From positions 1-64,000 of the forward strand of contig JAWAKK010000001.1 of NCBI GenBank assembly GCA_038887515.1: DNA of 64,000 nt, read 5' to 3'. The translations under genes and the position numbers were made by a program. Every line of letters starts with the position of its first letter. Position 1 is the first letter of the stretch. Positions 28,089 through 38,336 of the stretch are shown here, in pieces. A model generated the notes under the pieces. That model searched no databases. It was given only the letters and a program-made list of their open reading frames with translations, and was not told where the DNA came from. This stretch comes from Candidatus Nezhaarchaeales archaeon (GTDB lineage: Archaea > Thermoproteota > Methanomethylicia > Nezhaarchaeales > WYZ-LMO8).

Positions 28089-28413
28089 GGTGATAGTTGT
28101 GAGCTACCTCTTTATATTATATAAGTCGCCGCTGATATGCGAAACATCAAGGAAGTCCTTAGAGGTTATTGAAAGGCTCGCGGAATTAGGTTTTAAAGTC
28201 GATATTCTTTTACTATCGGACTCTGTCGTTATGCTATATAGTAGAACCATGGTACCGAAACTCCAAGCCCTCAAAGAGAGGAATGTAGAAATATATGCAT
28301 TAAAGGAGGACTTGGAAGCTCGAGGGTTGGAAGCACGTATAGCTAGGCCTATAACTTATATGGATGTAATCTCGCTGATCGAAAATCACGAGAAAGTATG
28401 TACGTGGTCCTAA
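28069..28413 (+). CDS. DsrH/TusB-like protein
   Basis: KSP, LLLSDSV, YALKEDLEARG and terminal TW. True start probably a GTG a few codons downstream. Confidence 0.85.
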   Translation: MLRLHCRVIVVSYLFILYKSPLICETSRKSLEVIERLAELGFKVDILLLSDSVVMLYSRTMVPKLQALKERNVEIYALKEDLEARGLEARIARPITYMDVISLIENHEKVCTWS

Positions 28414-28565
28414 GCATCAACAATATAGTCCTTTAATAAGATCATGAGTGCATCTTTACAAACCTTTAAACGTACAAGTTAAAATTGAAGAAATTACCAT
28501 AACTATTGAGCTTCCAGCTCATGATAATACTTAATAGTCTCGCATTCAATACATCTTGAATAATT

Positions 28566-29042
28566 ATGAGACCAGAGAGCCGATTGAAACTACTAAAGAT
28601 TATATCGTTAGCAAGCAAAGGACATTGGATCAGGCATTGGTATACGATATCATCAATTCAAGGGGACTTCGATCAATACTTAGGTGACACATACGCTCCA
28701 TTTCAGTTCGATGATGTGTGGTGGCTAGGCAAAGTAGCTTTCGGCATAAGCGATAAAATAGGATTTACGAGTGAGTGCTTTGTACAAGCGAAGAGAAACA
28801 CTAACGTAATTATAGAGTACGGTTGTGATGACGGTGCAAGGCTATTCGTATACGATCGGCAAGGAAACTTAATATACTCAAAAGTTGATAGCTGGAGGGT
28901 ACAGCCTTATACGTCGTATGAAGCGACCTTCGATCTCAAGAAGGGCACTTACAAGTTCGTATTTGACTTCTACGAATGGACGGCTTATGGAAGGGTATCG
29001 TTTAAGGTCTTAAGTGGGGATATTAAGCCGATCAAGATATAA
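28566..29042 (+). CDS. Hypothetical protein with a PA14-like beta domain
   Basis: CDDGARLFV...VDSW...LKKGTYKFVFDFYE resembles the PA14 consensus. Confidence 0.55.
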   Translation: MRPESRLKLLKIISLASKGHWIRHWYTISSIQGDFDQYLGDTYAPFQFDDVWWLGKVAFGISDKIGFTSECFVQAKRNTNVIIEYGCDDGARLFVYDRQGNLIYSKVDSWRVQPYTSYEATFDLKKGTYKFVFDFYEWTAYGRVSFKVLSGDIKPIKI

Positions 29043-29073
29043 GGTTTTGAAGCCTCCCTCCATATAGATAGCT

Positions 29074-29394
29074 ATGTCTGAACCTAAAATCGTAGTTTCT
29101 AAGTCGAGCGACTTCAAACAAGTCTACATTTCAGGTGTATCGATTGGCCATACCCCCTTCGACTTTCATGTGCAGTTTTTCAGAGATAGCTTTGAACCCG
29201 ACGAGGAAGCCCTAACAGGGAAGAGACCTCCAAAAATTGTTAGAGAATTCATAATCGAAGTAGTTATGTCACCAAATCAAGCTAAAGCCCTTGCGCTTCT
29301 ATTGATGAAGCACGTTGAGGATTATGAGAAGAAGTTCGGTAAGATTCCTACGCCTCAAACGGTCTCCACACAACCTCCAAGCGGTTACATGTAG
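29074..29394 (+). CDS. DUF3467-like protein
   Basis: YISGVSIGHTPFDFHVQF...VVMSPNQAKAL...YEKKFGKI. Confidence 0.75.
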   Translation: MSEPKIVVSKSSDFKQVYISGVSIGHTPFDFHVQFFRDSFEPDEEALTGKRPPKIVREFIIEVVMSPNQAKALALLLMKHVEDYEKKFGKIPTPQTVSTQPPSGYM

Positions 29395-29397
29395 CCT

Positions 29398-30984
29398 TTA
29401 AACTCTTCTTCTCTCTATAACCATTGATAACCCATCAGTCCAAGGTTCAAAACGTCGCATGACTTCAGGAATTTTATCTATTACGTCAGTTGCAAGTATG
29501 TGGTAACCTTTTTCTTCGGCGGCCAGCGAGCCAGCTGCTCCACATATAAATGAGCCAGCGGCTGCCGCCCTTAGGCAAGGGTACTTTCTACTTAGTATCG
29601 AAGCTACTATGCCAGTTAAAACGTCTCCAGTACCCCCAACGGTCATAGCCGGGTTGCCGGTCATATTGACCTTCACTCTTAAGCCATCTGAAATTATGTC
29701 CTCTGGATGTGCTTTAACTAGCAACGTTACTTCGTGTTCTCTTGCAACCTTCATTACATCAAAAGCCTTCTTAACCCATGAATCCTCTAAGTCTTTATTG
29801 AAAAGGAGTTTAAACTCACCGACGTGCGGAGTCAATACGGCTTGAGCACCCTTAACAACATCGAGGTGTCCTGCAAGAGCTTTTAAAGCATCTGCATCGA
29901 TCACCATGGGCTTGCCTAGGACCTTAAACCTTTCAATTATAAGTCTAGAAAATTCGAATACATCATCGTCAACCCCCATCCCAGGGCCCACAACTATACA
30001 ATCGAACTTATCAGCCACTTTAGCGACTATATCCACATGTTTTAACGTGAACTTAGAACCGTCAACTTCCTGGACTATCAGGTTCGGTGAAAAACCTCTG
30101 ATGACATTCGAGACGGAACTAGGGGCCATGACGACTACTAAATCGCAGCCTCCTCTAAGAGCGGCCAGGCCGGCAAGAGCTGGAGCACCCGAGTACTGCC
30201 ATCCACCGCCAACTATAAGTACCCTACCCCAATCGCCCTTCTTAGAACTTGGAGGTCTTCGCCTCACGACGTACCTGACATCACCAGGTCCAACAATTAA
30301 CTCCGCTTCAGGCGGTACACCTATGTTGGCAATTACGACCTCGCCTGTGTAACTTTCGTTGCCCTTAAGTCCTTTCTTCGGTTTATGCATCGTCACGGTC
30401 ACATCGGCTCTTATCGCTTCTCCACGAACTTCACCCGTTGAAGGATCCAGGCCCGTCGGTACGTCTATTGACACCTTGAATGCTTTACAGGAGTTTATAG
30501 TCTTAACTACTGAGAGCAATGGTTCTCTTAAAGGACCCAGCAAGCCAGTCCCTATTAAAGCGTCAACTACGACGTCAGCCCCTTCTAGCTCGTTTTTGAG
30601 AACATCAAGGTTCACGGCATCTCCAAGCTCTATGAGCCTTACGGACGAATCCATCCTCCTTACTACCTCCCAATTGTATTTAGCCTCCTTTCCTTCAATG
30701 TCTGTACTCTTACCAATAATGATTATTGTAGGCCTTCCCCCTCTACACGCTATATGACGTGCAGCAACGAAACCATCTCCACCTTTATTCCCCTTACCGA
30801 CAACTATGGCTACCTTCTTTCCTTTGATACCTACTCGTTGCTCTATAGCTTCTACAACACTTCTACCGGCGTTCTCCATTAAGAGAAGTCTTGAAACGCC
30901 GAAGTATTCTGAATTTTCATCTATTATCATCATCTCTTCGGCCGTCAATTCCTCAAACTCTCCTCGAAGCCCGGCAAAGTCCAC
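29398..30984 (-). CDS. nnr: Bifunctional NAD(P)H-hydrate epimerase/dehydratase
   Basis: LMENAG, GNKGGDG, DVPTG, KGDWGRVLIVGG, DADAL and GGTGDVL motifs. Confidence 0.94.
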   Translation of the reverse strand: MDFAGLRGEFEELTAEEMMIIDENSEYFGVSRLLLMENAGRSVVEAIEQRVGIKGKKVAIVVGKGNKGGDGFVAARHIACRGGRPTIIIIGKSTDIEGKEAKYNWEVVRRMDSSVRLIELGDAVNLDVLKNELEGADVVVDALIGTGLLGPLREPLLSVVKTINSCKAFKVSIDVPTGLDPSTGEVRGEAIRADVTVTMHKPKKGLKGNESYTGEVVIANIGVPPEAELIVGPGDVRYVVRRRPPSSKKGDWGRVLIVGGGWQYSGAPALAGLAALRGGCDLVVVMAPSSVSNVIRGFSPNLIVQEVDGSKFTLKHVDIVAKVADKFDCIVVGPGMGVDDDVFEFSRLIIERFKVLGKPMVIDADALKALAGHLDVVKGAQAVLTPHVGEFKLLFNKDLEDSWVKKAFDVMKVAREHEVTLLVKAHPEDIISDGLRVKVNMTGNPAMTVGGTGDVLTGIVASILSRKYPCLRAAAAGSFICGAAGSLAAEEKGYHILATDVIDKIPEVMRRFEPWTDGLSMVIERRRV

Positions 30985-30990
30985 GTCAGT

Positions 30991-31359
30991 TCACCTCATA
31001 GCCAGTAGCTCAGCAAGCGCTTTGTATACGCCATAGGCTTTAACTATTGGAGTCGTTATCAATATGCTCTCTTCGTTAATCAACAACCCCTTCTTATACT
31101 CGTTCATATTGGTATAACAAACTTGCTCCATTATTATCTTTTTTTCCGTTATGAACTTTTTAGCTACCGTCCTTAAGTCAAGGAAGTCATAGCATCTACA
31201 CAAGAGGATTCCACTATGCCATAGTGGGGCGCACTTTGTAATATAGCTACAAAATGCTATATCTTTTAACTCCTTACGTTCAATGTTTATAACCTCAACT
31301 TCGTACTCGAACCATTTAAAATTAAGGCCTCTTGTGGTGTTCATACAAGACCCCCTCAT
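30991..31359 (-). CDS. Hypothetical protein
   Basis: Fills the gap between thrS and nnr on the same strand; no recognisable motif. Confidence 0.6.
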   Translation of the reverse strand: MRGSCMNTTRGLNFKWFEYEVEVINIERKELKDIAFCSYITKCAPLWHSGILLCRCYDFLDLRTVAKKFITEKKIIMEQVCYTNMNEYKKGLLINEESILITTPIVKAYGVYKALAELLAMR

Positions 31360-31415
31360 AACATGATGGTAAAGGGAATAAAGTTGCGAATGAGTGTGGT
31401 ATTAGAGGGGTACAG

Positions 31416-33275
31416 CTAAATAAACTTGGGTCTTAAAGACAATAGCCTTGGAAGCCATAACTTTGCTCTGGGCTTGCCCTCACATGCTTTGTTTATTGTT
31501 TCGATCAATTCGTTTAACTTCATCGAGACAGTCTCTCTCCTCTCTCTAATCCTGACAGAAAGGATACTTTCTTCAACTTCCCTTTTTCCTACCACAACGA
31601 TAAACGGTATCCACTCGACTTCTGCATCTCTTATTTTCTTAGCTACAGTCTCATCTCTATCGTCCATGTCTACCCTTATACCAACCCTTTCGAGGTCGTC
31701 AACTATCTTCAAAGCTTCTTTGTGATACTCCGACGAAACAGGGATGACCCTAACTTGCGTCGGCGATAGCCATACAGGCAACATAGGTGGTTTCCCTACA
31801 ATTCTGTCTTTTTCTGCTTGTTCTAGTAATGCATACATCCACCTCTCTATAGAGCCCATAGAACTATGAACTATTATGCATCCCTTCTTTGATCCGTCTT
31901 TATCAACAAATTTTATGCCGTAACGCTCTGAGTCTTCAACGTCTAACTGAACGGTACATAACTGCGCATTTCCTCCCGAAGAGTCTATGAACTGATGTTC
32001 TTCTTTAACGACCCAGTAGTGCTTCATGGCAGGTAGTACTTCCAATAATATAGGCTCTCCGACATCCTTAGCCAAAGACGCAAACCATCCTTTATTCTCT
32101 ACGAAGAAAGACTCAACCGCTCTGAGTACTATAATGTAGCTTAAGTTCATAGCTTTTACAAGCTTCATGTACTTTCTCAAGAGATTGATGAACTCTTCTT
32201 TTCCCTGCTCTAGATCGGCACAGAAACAATGTATATCTGGCATGGTAAAGCTTCTAAGCCTTCTTAGACCAACGCACTCGCCTCTTTTTTCAAGCCTAAA
32301 GGAATGTGACAATTCATAGATCCTCAATGGAAGTTGCCTATGACTCATGGTCACCTTTTTCATCATGCTGAAGAGACCGAAGTCTCCTGCAAATCTAAGT
32401 GTAAATTCTTCGTTATCCATCTTAAATCTATAATCTCTTTCAAGGAACCTTGATGCTTGCTCGGCTATATCAGGAACGCTTAGTCTGTATATCATAGGCG
32501 TTTCAACAACTGTAGCACCTACATCGTTAACTGCTATGTCCATCGCGAGCTCTTCAAGTAAATGTTTGATTAACGCTCCTTTAGGGAGGAACTTAAAGTG
32601 CCCAACGTCGGATGCAGGTTCATAATCAACAAGCTCAAGCTTCTGCATTAGCTTGATGTGGGGCGGGGTGCCTTTCTTTGATTTTAACCCCCTCTCATTC
32701 ATTATGAGTCTCTTTATGAGAGGATACTTACTGACTGCCTTATCGTTGTAAGGAGTTTCGCGATCTAGTTCTACAATCTCGCCAGTAGGCTCTATCAAGA
32801 CATAATATCCCTCTTCGACTTCACGTTTAATAGCTTCGGTTACCTTAACTTCCGGTTTAATTGTTTTCGATAACTCTGATAACGGATGACCTTTACATGC
32901 TATCTTAAAGGCTTTGTACCAACCGAAGGGGGCCCGCGAAACCTTGATACCGTGACTCTTCAGTTTTTCCTCTAGCTTTACGAGGATGTCAAGCGCCTCT
33001 CTTGGCCTGGCCAAGTTGGACGATAGATGAGCATAAGGGTATAGCACAAGAACCTCAGCTTTGACATCGTTAAAGATATTCATTATTTCTTCAGAAGCGG
33101 TGTTGACTACAATCTCCGGTGCTCTTACATCCTCTTCCTCGACGGCGGTGAACACTACTAAGGCATTTTCAAATGTACCACTTTGTCGATCATTAATTAT
33201 TTCTTCGGCTTCCTCTACAGCTTTTTCCTTAACTTCGTAACTCATGGTATCTGCATGAATTAGCAATAACTTCAT
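31416..33275 (-). CDS. thrS: Threonyl-tRNA synthetase with archaeal editing domain
   Basis: MKLLLIHAD, YPYAHLS, RAPFGWYK, GLRRLRSFTMPDIH and HSSMGSIER motifs. Confidence 0.96.
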   Translation of the reverse strand: MKLLLIHADTMSYEVKEKAVEEAEEIINDRQSGTFENALVVFTAVEEEDVRAPEIVVNTASEEIMNIFNDVKAEVLVLYPYAHLSSNLARPREALDILVKLEEKLKSHGIKVSRAPFGWYKAFKIACKGHPLSELSKTIKPEVKVTEAIKREVEEGYYVLIEPTGEIVELDRETPYNDKAVSKYPLIKRLIMNERGLKSKKGTPPHIKLMQKLELVDYEPASDVGHFKFLPKGALIKHLLEELAMDIAVNDVGATVVETPMIYRLSVPDIAEQASRFLERDYRFKMDNEEFTLRFAGDFGLFSMMKKVTMSHRQLPLRIYELSHSFRLEKRGECVGLRRLRSFTMPDIHCFCADLEQGKEEFINLLRKYMKLVKAMNLSYIIVLRAVESFFVENKGWFASLAKDVGEPILLEVLPAMKHYWVVKEEHQFIDSSGGNAQLCTVQLDVEDSERYGIKFVDKDGSKKGCIIVHSSMGSIERWMYALLEQAEKDRIVGKPPMLPVWLSPTQVRVIPVSSEYHKEALKIVDDLERVGIRVDMDDRDETVAKKIRDAEVEWIPFIVVVGKREVEESILSVRIRERRETVSMKLNELIETINKACEGKPRAKLWLPRLLSLRPKFI

Positions 33276-33359
33276 CCTTCTACCCTCATGTTAGATGAAT
33301 CCTTTAAGTTATGGAAATATAAGGTCAAATAAATATAAGGTCTTCTAGCATCATAACAG

Positions 33360-34067
33360 TCATATCTTACCAAGTTCTTCCGTGAACTTTTTAACGGCTT
33401 CTTCGTAGCTAGCCATATCTCCAATGTCGTAAACCTCACCCGTAAACTCATAACCGTAAACTCTCTCCCCTCTTTCTATCATTACTTTAAATACCCTATC
33501 CATGCTATCGACTCCATCCAATATGTAATCGAAGACTCTAGGTTCAAAGACGTAAATTCCAGCGTTAACTCTAAACTCCAACTGCGGTTTTTCACGCCAT
33601 TCGAGTACTCTACTCTGATTATCAATTTCTATAACTCCAAACCTTACGTTATGCTTCATCCTTCTAAGAACCATGGTGGCAGTGGCTTTTAATGACTTGT
33701 GATAAGTTAAGAGGTCTCTATAGTCAACCTTAGCATATACATCACCGTAAATAGCTATAAACGTCTCATTTATAACGTCTTTAGCTTGCTTCAGCTGACC
33801 AGCCGTACCCAAGGGTTTTGGGGCCTTAACGTAACTTATATCGACGCCGAGCCAAGAACCATTGCCAAAGTAGGCCTCTATAATTCTTGCCAAGTAGCTA
33901 CAAGATATTACAATGTCCCTTATCCCTTGATCTCGTAGGTCAATTATTATTCTTTCAAGAATAGGCTTATCGCCTAGAGGCAACATAGGCTTTGGAACTA
34001 AGTACGTCAGTGGTCGGAGTCTCGTGCCTAGACCGCCAGCTAGAATAACAGCCTTAATTTTGCTCAA
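33360..34067 (-). CDS. NDP-sugar pyrophosphorylase / nucleotidyltransferase
   Basis: ILAGGLGTRLRPLT..PKPM, GTAG, EKP and DIG motifs. Confidence 0.9.
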   Translation of the reverse strand: MSKIKAVILAGGLGTRLRPLTYLVPKPMLPLGDKPILERIIIDLRDQGIRDIVISCSYLARIIEAYFGNGSWLGVDISYVKAPKPLGTAGQLKQAKDVINETFIAIYGDVYAKVDYRDLLTYHKSLKATATMVLRRMKHNVRFGVIEIDNQSRVLEWREKPQLEFRVNAGIYVFEPRVFDYILDGVDSMDRVFKVMIERGERVYGYEFTGEVYDIGDMASYEEAVKKFTEELGKI

Positions 34068-34082
34068 GCAAGACCCCTAATA

Positions 34083-34409
34083 TTAAAACATGTCTTCGGT
34101 TAACTTTTTACCCTTAAACTTCTCAAGCATGCTGCCGTACTTTTCCTCGTACCTCTTAACTTCCTGTTCTAGGCTCCTCACAACCTTCTTCTCCGTTCTA
34201 TATTCAAGCCCGCAAGTACCGCTAGGTAACATAGCGTTTCTAATACATGTAGCGTATTGACATTTACTGCCTAAACACTCTTCGCCGGTCTCTCTACACA
34301 TTAAGGACATTCGTGTAATCGATTTTGCGCGGGGATTTCCTGCAATTCTTACGATCATCTTTTTGGCGCACCTAAAGAACTCGCAATCTACTTCGCATCC
34401 TTTGGGCAC
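34083..34409 (-). CDS. Cys-rich conserved hypothetical protein
   Basis: C-x3-CEFFRC...CRETGEECLGSKCQYATC...GTCGL. GTG start inferred. Confidence 0.65.
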   Translation of the reverse strand: MPKGCEVDCEFFRCAKKMIVRIAGNPRAKSITRMSLMCRETGEECLGSKCQYATCIRNAMLPSGTCGLEYRTEKKVVRSLEQEVKRYEEKYGSMLEKFKGKKLTEDMF

Positions 34410-34648
34410 AGCGTCTAACGCCCCTAATGAAATGTTGACCTCTAATGTAAAGAGGGTTGGGGTAGCTATAACCTTTTTCGCGACTCTGCAGTCGACGTAC
34501 TTGTTATAGCAGCGATAGAGCAAAGCGCAATAGCTGAAACGGAGGTTGTGAACTATAGTTCTTGAGAACAAGCATACGGGGCATCATAAACCTAAGACCG
34601 CAACCTTAAAGAGTCTTCGAAATAAGCCCATTGAGGGAGGACCGAACC

Positions 34649-34819
34649 TTGCCAGAAAAGGAACACAACTTCAGGTCTCAGATATATGAGATAGATTATT
34701 ATAAAGGAATTATAAAGTTAAAGAACAGATTGTGCCCCCGTTGCGGCAGGGTCATGGCTAACCACAAAAAACGCTGGAGTTGTGGATACTGTCACTACAC
34801 CATATTCGTTTCCTCTTAA
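34649..34819 (+). CDS. rps27ae: 30S ribosomal protein eS31 (S27ae)
   Basis: [24 protein letters not shown] start after GAGGGAGG. Confidence 0.92.
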   Translation: MPEKEHNFRSQIYEIDYYKGIIKLKNRLCPRCGRVMANHKKRWSCGYCHYTIFVSS

Positions 34820-35037
34820 GGGGTAGAGGTAAACCACGCCGCTACTCAACCATTACTGTGGGAATGATAGAAAAGATGATCGAAGTTGTTTGCTAATGTT
34901 TACTATAACAGAGCAAAGAAGTGGCTTAAAGAAATATACTAAGAGAGGTCAGCTCGTCAAGACTTAGTAAACGGGTATTGTACCACAGCTTTATTTATGG
35001 TTTACAATATATTTTAGGATATACATGGGCGGTCGCC

Positions 35038-35580
35038 ATGAATGAAGCTAAGAAGCTTGCAATATTGTGGGCCCCTTGGAGGATAAAATACATAGAATCG
35101 CCGAGAGTTGAAAGCTGCATCTTCTGCGTAAGCTCATCAGAAGATAGGGATCGTGAGAACCTAGTGATTTATAGAGGGGCACACTCATTCATATTGATGA
35201 ATAAGTACCCCTACAATACTGGTCATTTAATGGTAGCGCCTTATAGACACGTTAAAGACTTAATAAGCCTAAGAGAGGATGAACTCTTGGATATTATGAA
35301 GAGTGTAAATATGTCGATAAGGGTTTTGAATGAAGCTTTAAGACCCGAGGGGTTTAATATTGGAATTAACATGGGTAGGGCTGCCGGAGCGGGTATCGAG
35401 GATCACGTACACGTACATGTAGTGCCTCGATGGATTGGAGATACCAACTTTATGCCAATACTGTCCAACGTTAAAGTTATACCTGAACTTCTAGAGTCGA
35501 CATATGACAGACTGAAGAAGGCTTTGTCAGCTCTCTTGGAGGGCCCTATTCATGAAAATAGGGATTTTTACAAGAAATGA
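35038..35580 (+). CDS. HIT-family hydrolase (Ap4A phosphorylase-like)
   Basis: LWAPWR, CIFC, NKYPYNTGHLM and HVHVHVVPRW motifs. Confidence 0.92.
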   Translation: MNEAKKLAILWAPWRIKYIESPRVESCIFCVSSSEDRDRENLVIYRGAHSFILMNKYPYNTGHLMVAPYRHVKDLISLREDELLDIMKSVNMSIRVLNEALRPEGFNIGINMGRAAGAGIEDHVHVHVVPRWIGDTNFMPILSNVKVIPELLESTYDRLKKALSALLEGPIHENRDFYKK

Positions 35581-36430
35581 ACATTCTTGGTGTTCCCGAA
35601 AGCTTAGAGACGAGATCATAAAAGCTGGCCACGAACCTTACTCGATGAAATTTAACAGGGTAAGGATCAATATAGGGTCAAAGCCTTCCATAATATGTAA
35701 CGGTATCGACTTAATTAATGACTTATCCATAGTAATAGTTAGGCCTATAGGTAGGTGCTCAGTCGACGAATGCTTCTTTAGGATAGACCTTCTACACAAA
35801 CTAGAGAGATCGGGCTTACCAATAGTAAATAGACCGTCAACTATAGAGAAATGCATGAGTAAGTTCACGACGTTAGCTCTATTAGAGGAACATGGATTGC
35901 CAGTACCAAAAACAGTAGTGACCGAGAACCCTCTTGAAGCTCTAAAAGCTTACCACGAGCTTGGCGGCGACATCGTTATTAAACCTCTTTACGGTTCGAG
36001 GGGGTTTGGTATTTCAAGGTTAAGAGACGAAGACGTGGCTAGAAGAGTACTTTCAGATCTACACTTCTTGAGACATGTCCTTTATTTGCAGGAGTTCATT
36101 CCTCACGGCGGCAGGGATATAAGGATATTCGTCGTGGGCGGCGAAATAGTAGCCTCAATGCAGAGGGTCGCACCTGGGTGGAAGACTAATATAGCTTTAG
36201 GTGCAAAACCAGTCCCGTTTACTCCAAGCGAAGAACTCTCAAACCTAGCATTAAAAGCATGTGAGGTCTTGGGTTGTGATATAGCTGGTGTCGACGTTAT
36301 AGAGTCCCCCTCAGGTTACCTCTTAACTGAGGTAAACAGCCAGCCAGGCTGGATGGGTTTACAAGCAGTTACCAGAGTAAACATAGCCGCGAGAATAGTG
36401 AAATACTTGATATCCAAGGCGAAGAAGTGA
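35552..36430 (+). CDS. RimK-family ATP-grasp glutamate ligase (MptN/CofF-like)
   Basis: KPLYGSRGFG, YLQEFI, DIRIFVVG, WKTNIALG and EVNSQPG motifs; lies next to the C1 cofactor cluster. Confidence 0.85.
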   Translation: MKIGIFTRNEHSWCSRKLRDEIIKAGHEPYSMKFNRVRINIGSKPSIICNGIDLINDLSIVIVRPIGRCSVDECFFRIDLLHKLERSGLPIVNRPSTIEKCMSKFTTLALLEEHGLPVPKTVVTENPLEALKAYHELGGDIVIKPLYGSRGFGISRLRDEDVARRVLSDLHFLRHVLYLQEFIPHGGRDIRIFVVGGEIVASMQRVAPGWKTNIALGAKPVPFTPSEELSNLALKACEVLGCDIAGVDVIESPSGYLLTEVNSQPGWMGLQAVTRVNIAARIVKYLISKAKK

Positions 36431-37329
36431 TGAGTAGAGTTGTAAGATGGAGAAACTTTGTGGCTATAGCTTTAGAGTCGAAGATTTGGAGGCCGAAAAC
36501 AGACTTTAAGAAGAGTATAGCTGAGCTAGTTAAGGAAGTGGCTTTAGACGGAGATTACATCGTCGTCTCTGAGAAAGCTCTTTCATCGGCCCTAGGACTT
36601 CTTTACGACGAATCGTCTATAAAAATCGATCCTTATAGCAAGGTTATGACGTATTTGACCACTAACCTTTTATGGGGTTTAGCTTTAAGCCGGGTGTGTA
36701 AACTTTCACTTGAAACATCTCTCTTTTTAAGGAAGTACCCCCTTACTGAGGGGGCGCGCCACAAAAAGTTGGCTTTAAGGGTTGGTGGGCTACTTCAAGC
36801 CCTTAAACCAACTTCTGAATGCGGGATAGATGCTACGAACGTTCCTGGGTATCTTGTATCACTACCACTTAAAAACCCCTTTTATATTGCGAACGACATC
36901 AGAACGTATCTGGAACAAGAACTAGGGATAAATGTTCGAGTGGTGATAAGCGATAGTGACAAGTGTTATCAGTTCAAGCCCCTTCCAAAGTTAATATTGT
37001 CTTGTAGAAACACAGGTATCAGATCGTCTGTGAACTTAGGCTTTATATCCTTCCTTGTAGCTCGTCTTTTTAATAATTTCTTTAGTCCCTATGCTACCCC
37101 AATAGGTTTTTCACCTCTTAACTTAGATGTAACTGAGCTCCTTATAGTAGCTGAACTTGCTGATAGAGCTCGAGGTTTCGGTATTGGTAGAACGATTTAT
37201 GATATCGAGAAAAAACTAAAGATTAAGGCTACTGAAATAACATGGGATATTTTAGACCTATTTCCTCACTACCCGGTAGTAGTAGTCAAAAAGGTTAGGG
37301 GGACTCGGCGAGCTTCACGGCATCTTTGA
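36427..37329 (+). CDS. CofE-like (F420-0:glutamate ligase family) protein
   Basis: DGDYIVVSEKA, GIDATNVPG and VVISDSDK motifs. Confidence 0.7.
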   Translation: MMSRVVRWRNFVAIALESKIWRPKTDFKKSIAELVKEVALDGDYIVVSEKALSSALGLLYDESSIKIDPYSKVMTYLTTNLLWGLALSRVCKLSLETSLFLRKYPLTEGARHKKLALRVGGLLQALKPTSECGIDATNVPGYLVSLPLKNPFYIANDIRTYLEQELGINVRVVISDSDKCYQFKPLPKLILSCRNTGIRSSVNLGFISFLVARLFNNFFSPYATPIGFSPLNLDVTELLIVAELADRARGFGIGRTIYDIEKKLKIKATEITWDILDLFPHYPVVVVKKVRGTRRASRHL

Positions 37330-38230
37330 GGTTTATTTTGTATGGTCCTAACTTGCCTCCGTAATTGCCCGCAGTTATCTTAACTACACCCCTGACACTG
37401 CAAGCAGCTTTTACTCCAACGCCAACGGCTTTTGCAACGGAATCCACGTCAAGTCCATTAATGACTATCTCCATGACACTTCGGACGCCCTCAGGTATCT
37501 TGGTATCAGGGACCTTATCTCTTATCGATGGACAATACAGGTGGTTCGTCGTAGCGACCAACTTTGGATACTTGATGGAACCGACCTTCGACCCTGATCT
37601 CACAATTCCTCCAGGGAATGGCAAAACTACGTTTCTACAGGTCTTCGATATTTCTTCAACAGCTTTCTCAGCAGCTTCTAGGGCAGCTTCACGACTAGAA
37701 GCTAGAATGAAGAAATTCCCTCCGGCAACCGCTTTAACTACTCCAACAGTGTCCTCAACTATGAACTCTCCTTCCATAACTGGTATTCTCCAGACGGTCT
37801 TACCGTACATGGTGTCTTTAACTTCAAACCCATCCCCAAATTTTGCAAGAGCTTCACCTATATGCATCTTCCTCTTAGACTTCGGTATTCCATCGAATAG
37901 CGCTGTTGTAGGACATGTCAGTATGCACTGACCAACCCTAACCAATGTCTGGAGCTTCAGCTCAGGCACCGACCTGTGGTATATGTGTATTAGAGCCCCA
38001 ACTCTCTTGTCGGGGGTTTTTTCCGCTGGAACTAAACCTTCAAGACCAGCCTCGGCAGGGGACATTATTATTGAAGTTGCAAATCCTGTCGCAACTCTAG
38101 CCGCAGTCAAGGCCCATTTATCGTTTAAAGCAGTTATTAGCAATCTCGTAGCATACATGGGGAAGGCTTCAGCGAAGGTATCTTCAACCTCAACATCTCC
38201 AATCTTGAAAGACAAGCCCCACACCACCAA
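37295..38230 (-). CDS. ftr: Formylmethanofuran:H4MPT formyltransferase
   Basis: VEDTFAEAF, TGFATS, RVGQCILTCPTT, PFPGGIVRSGSKVGS and AGNYGGKLG motifs. Confidence 0.96.
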   Translation of the reverse strand: MVVWGLSFKIGDVEVEDTFAEAFPMYATRLLITALNDKWALTAARVATGFATSIIMSPAEAGLEGLVPAEKTPDKRVGALIHIYHRSVPELKLQTLVRVGQCILTCPTTALFDGIPKSKRKMHIGEALAKFGDGFEVKDTMYGKTVWRIPVMEGEFIVEDTVGVVKAVAGGNFFILASSREAALEAAEKAVEEISKTCRNVVLPFPGGIVRSGSKVGSIKYPKLVATTNHLYCPSIRDKVPDTKIPEGVRSVMEIVINGLDVDSVAKAVGVGVKAACSVRGVVKITAGNYGGKLGPYKINLKDAVKLAESP

Positions 38231-38251
38231 GCTCTAACTTTTGATAGTACT

Positions 38252-38303
38252 AAGCTAAAAAACTCTTTTCCTTCTCATGGTTAGGAAAAGAGTTTTTTAG
38301 CTT
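38252..38303. promoter_or_regulatory. 21-bp inverted repeat forming mirrored promoter-like elements for divergent ftr and mtd
   Basis: AAGCTAAAAAACTCTTTTCCT-N10-AGGAAAAGAGTTTTTTAGCTT. Confidence 0.7.
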
Positions 38304-38336
38304 TTATCATGAAAAATTGAAGCGGGTGAGCTGGGC

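Noticed and set aside
31361-31410. C/D-box-like words in intergenic gaps (here, near 49655 and near 55450)
   Set aside because: No properly spaced C box and CUGA D box pair could be found.
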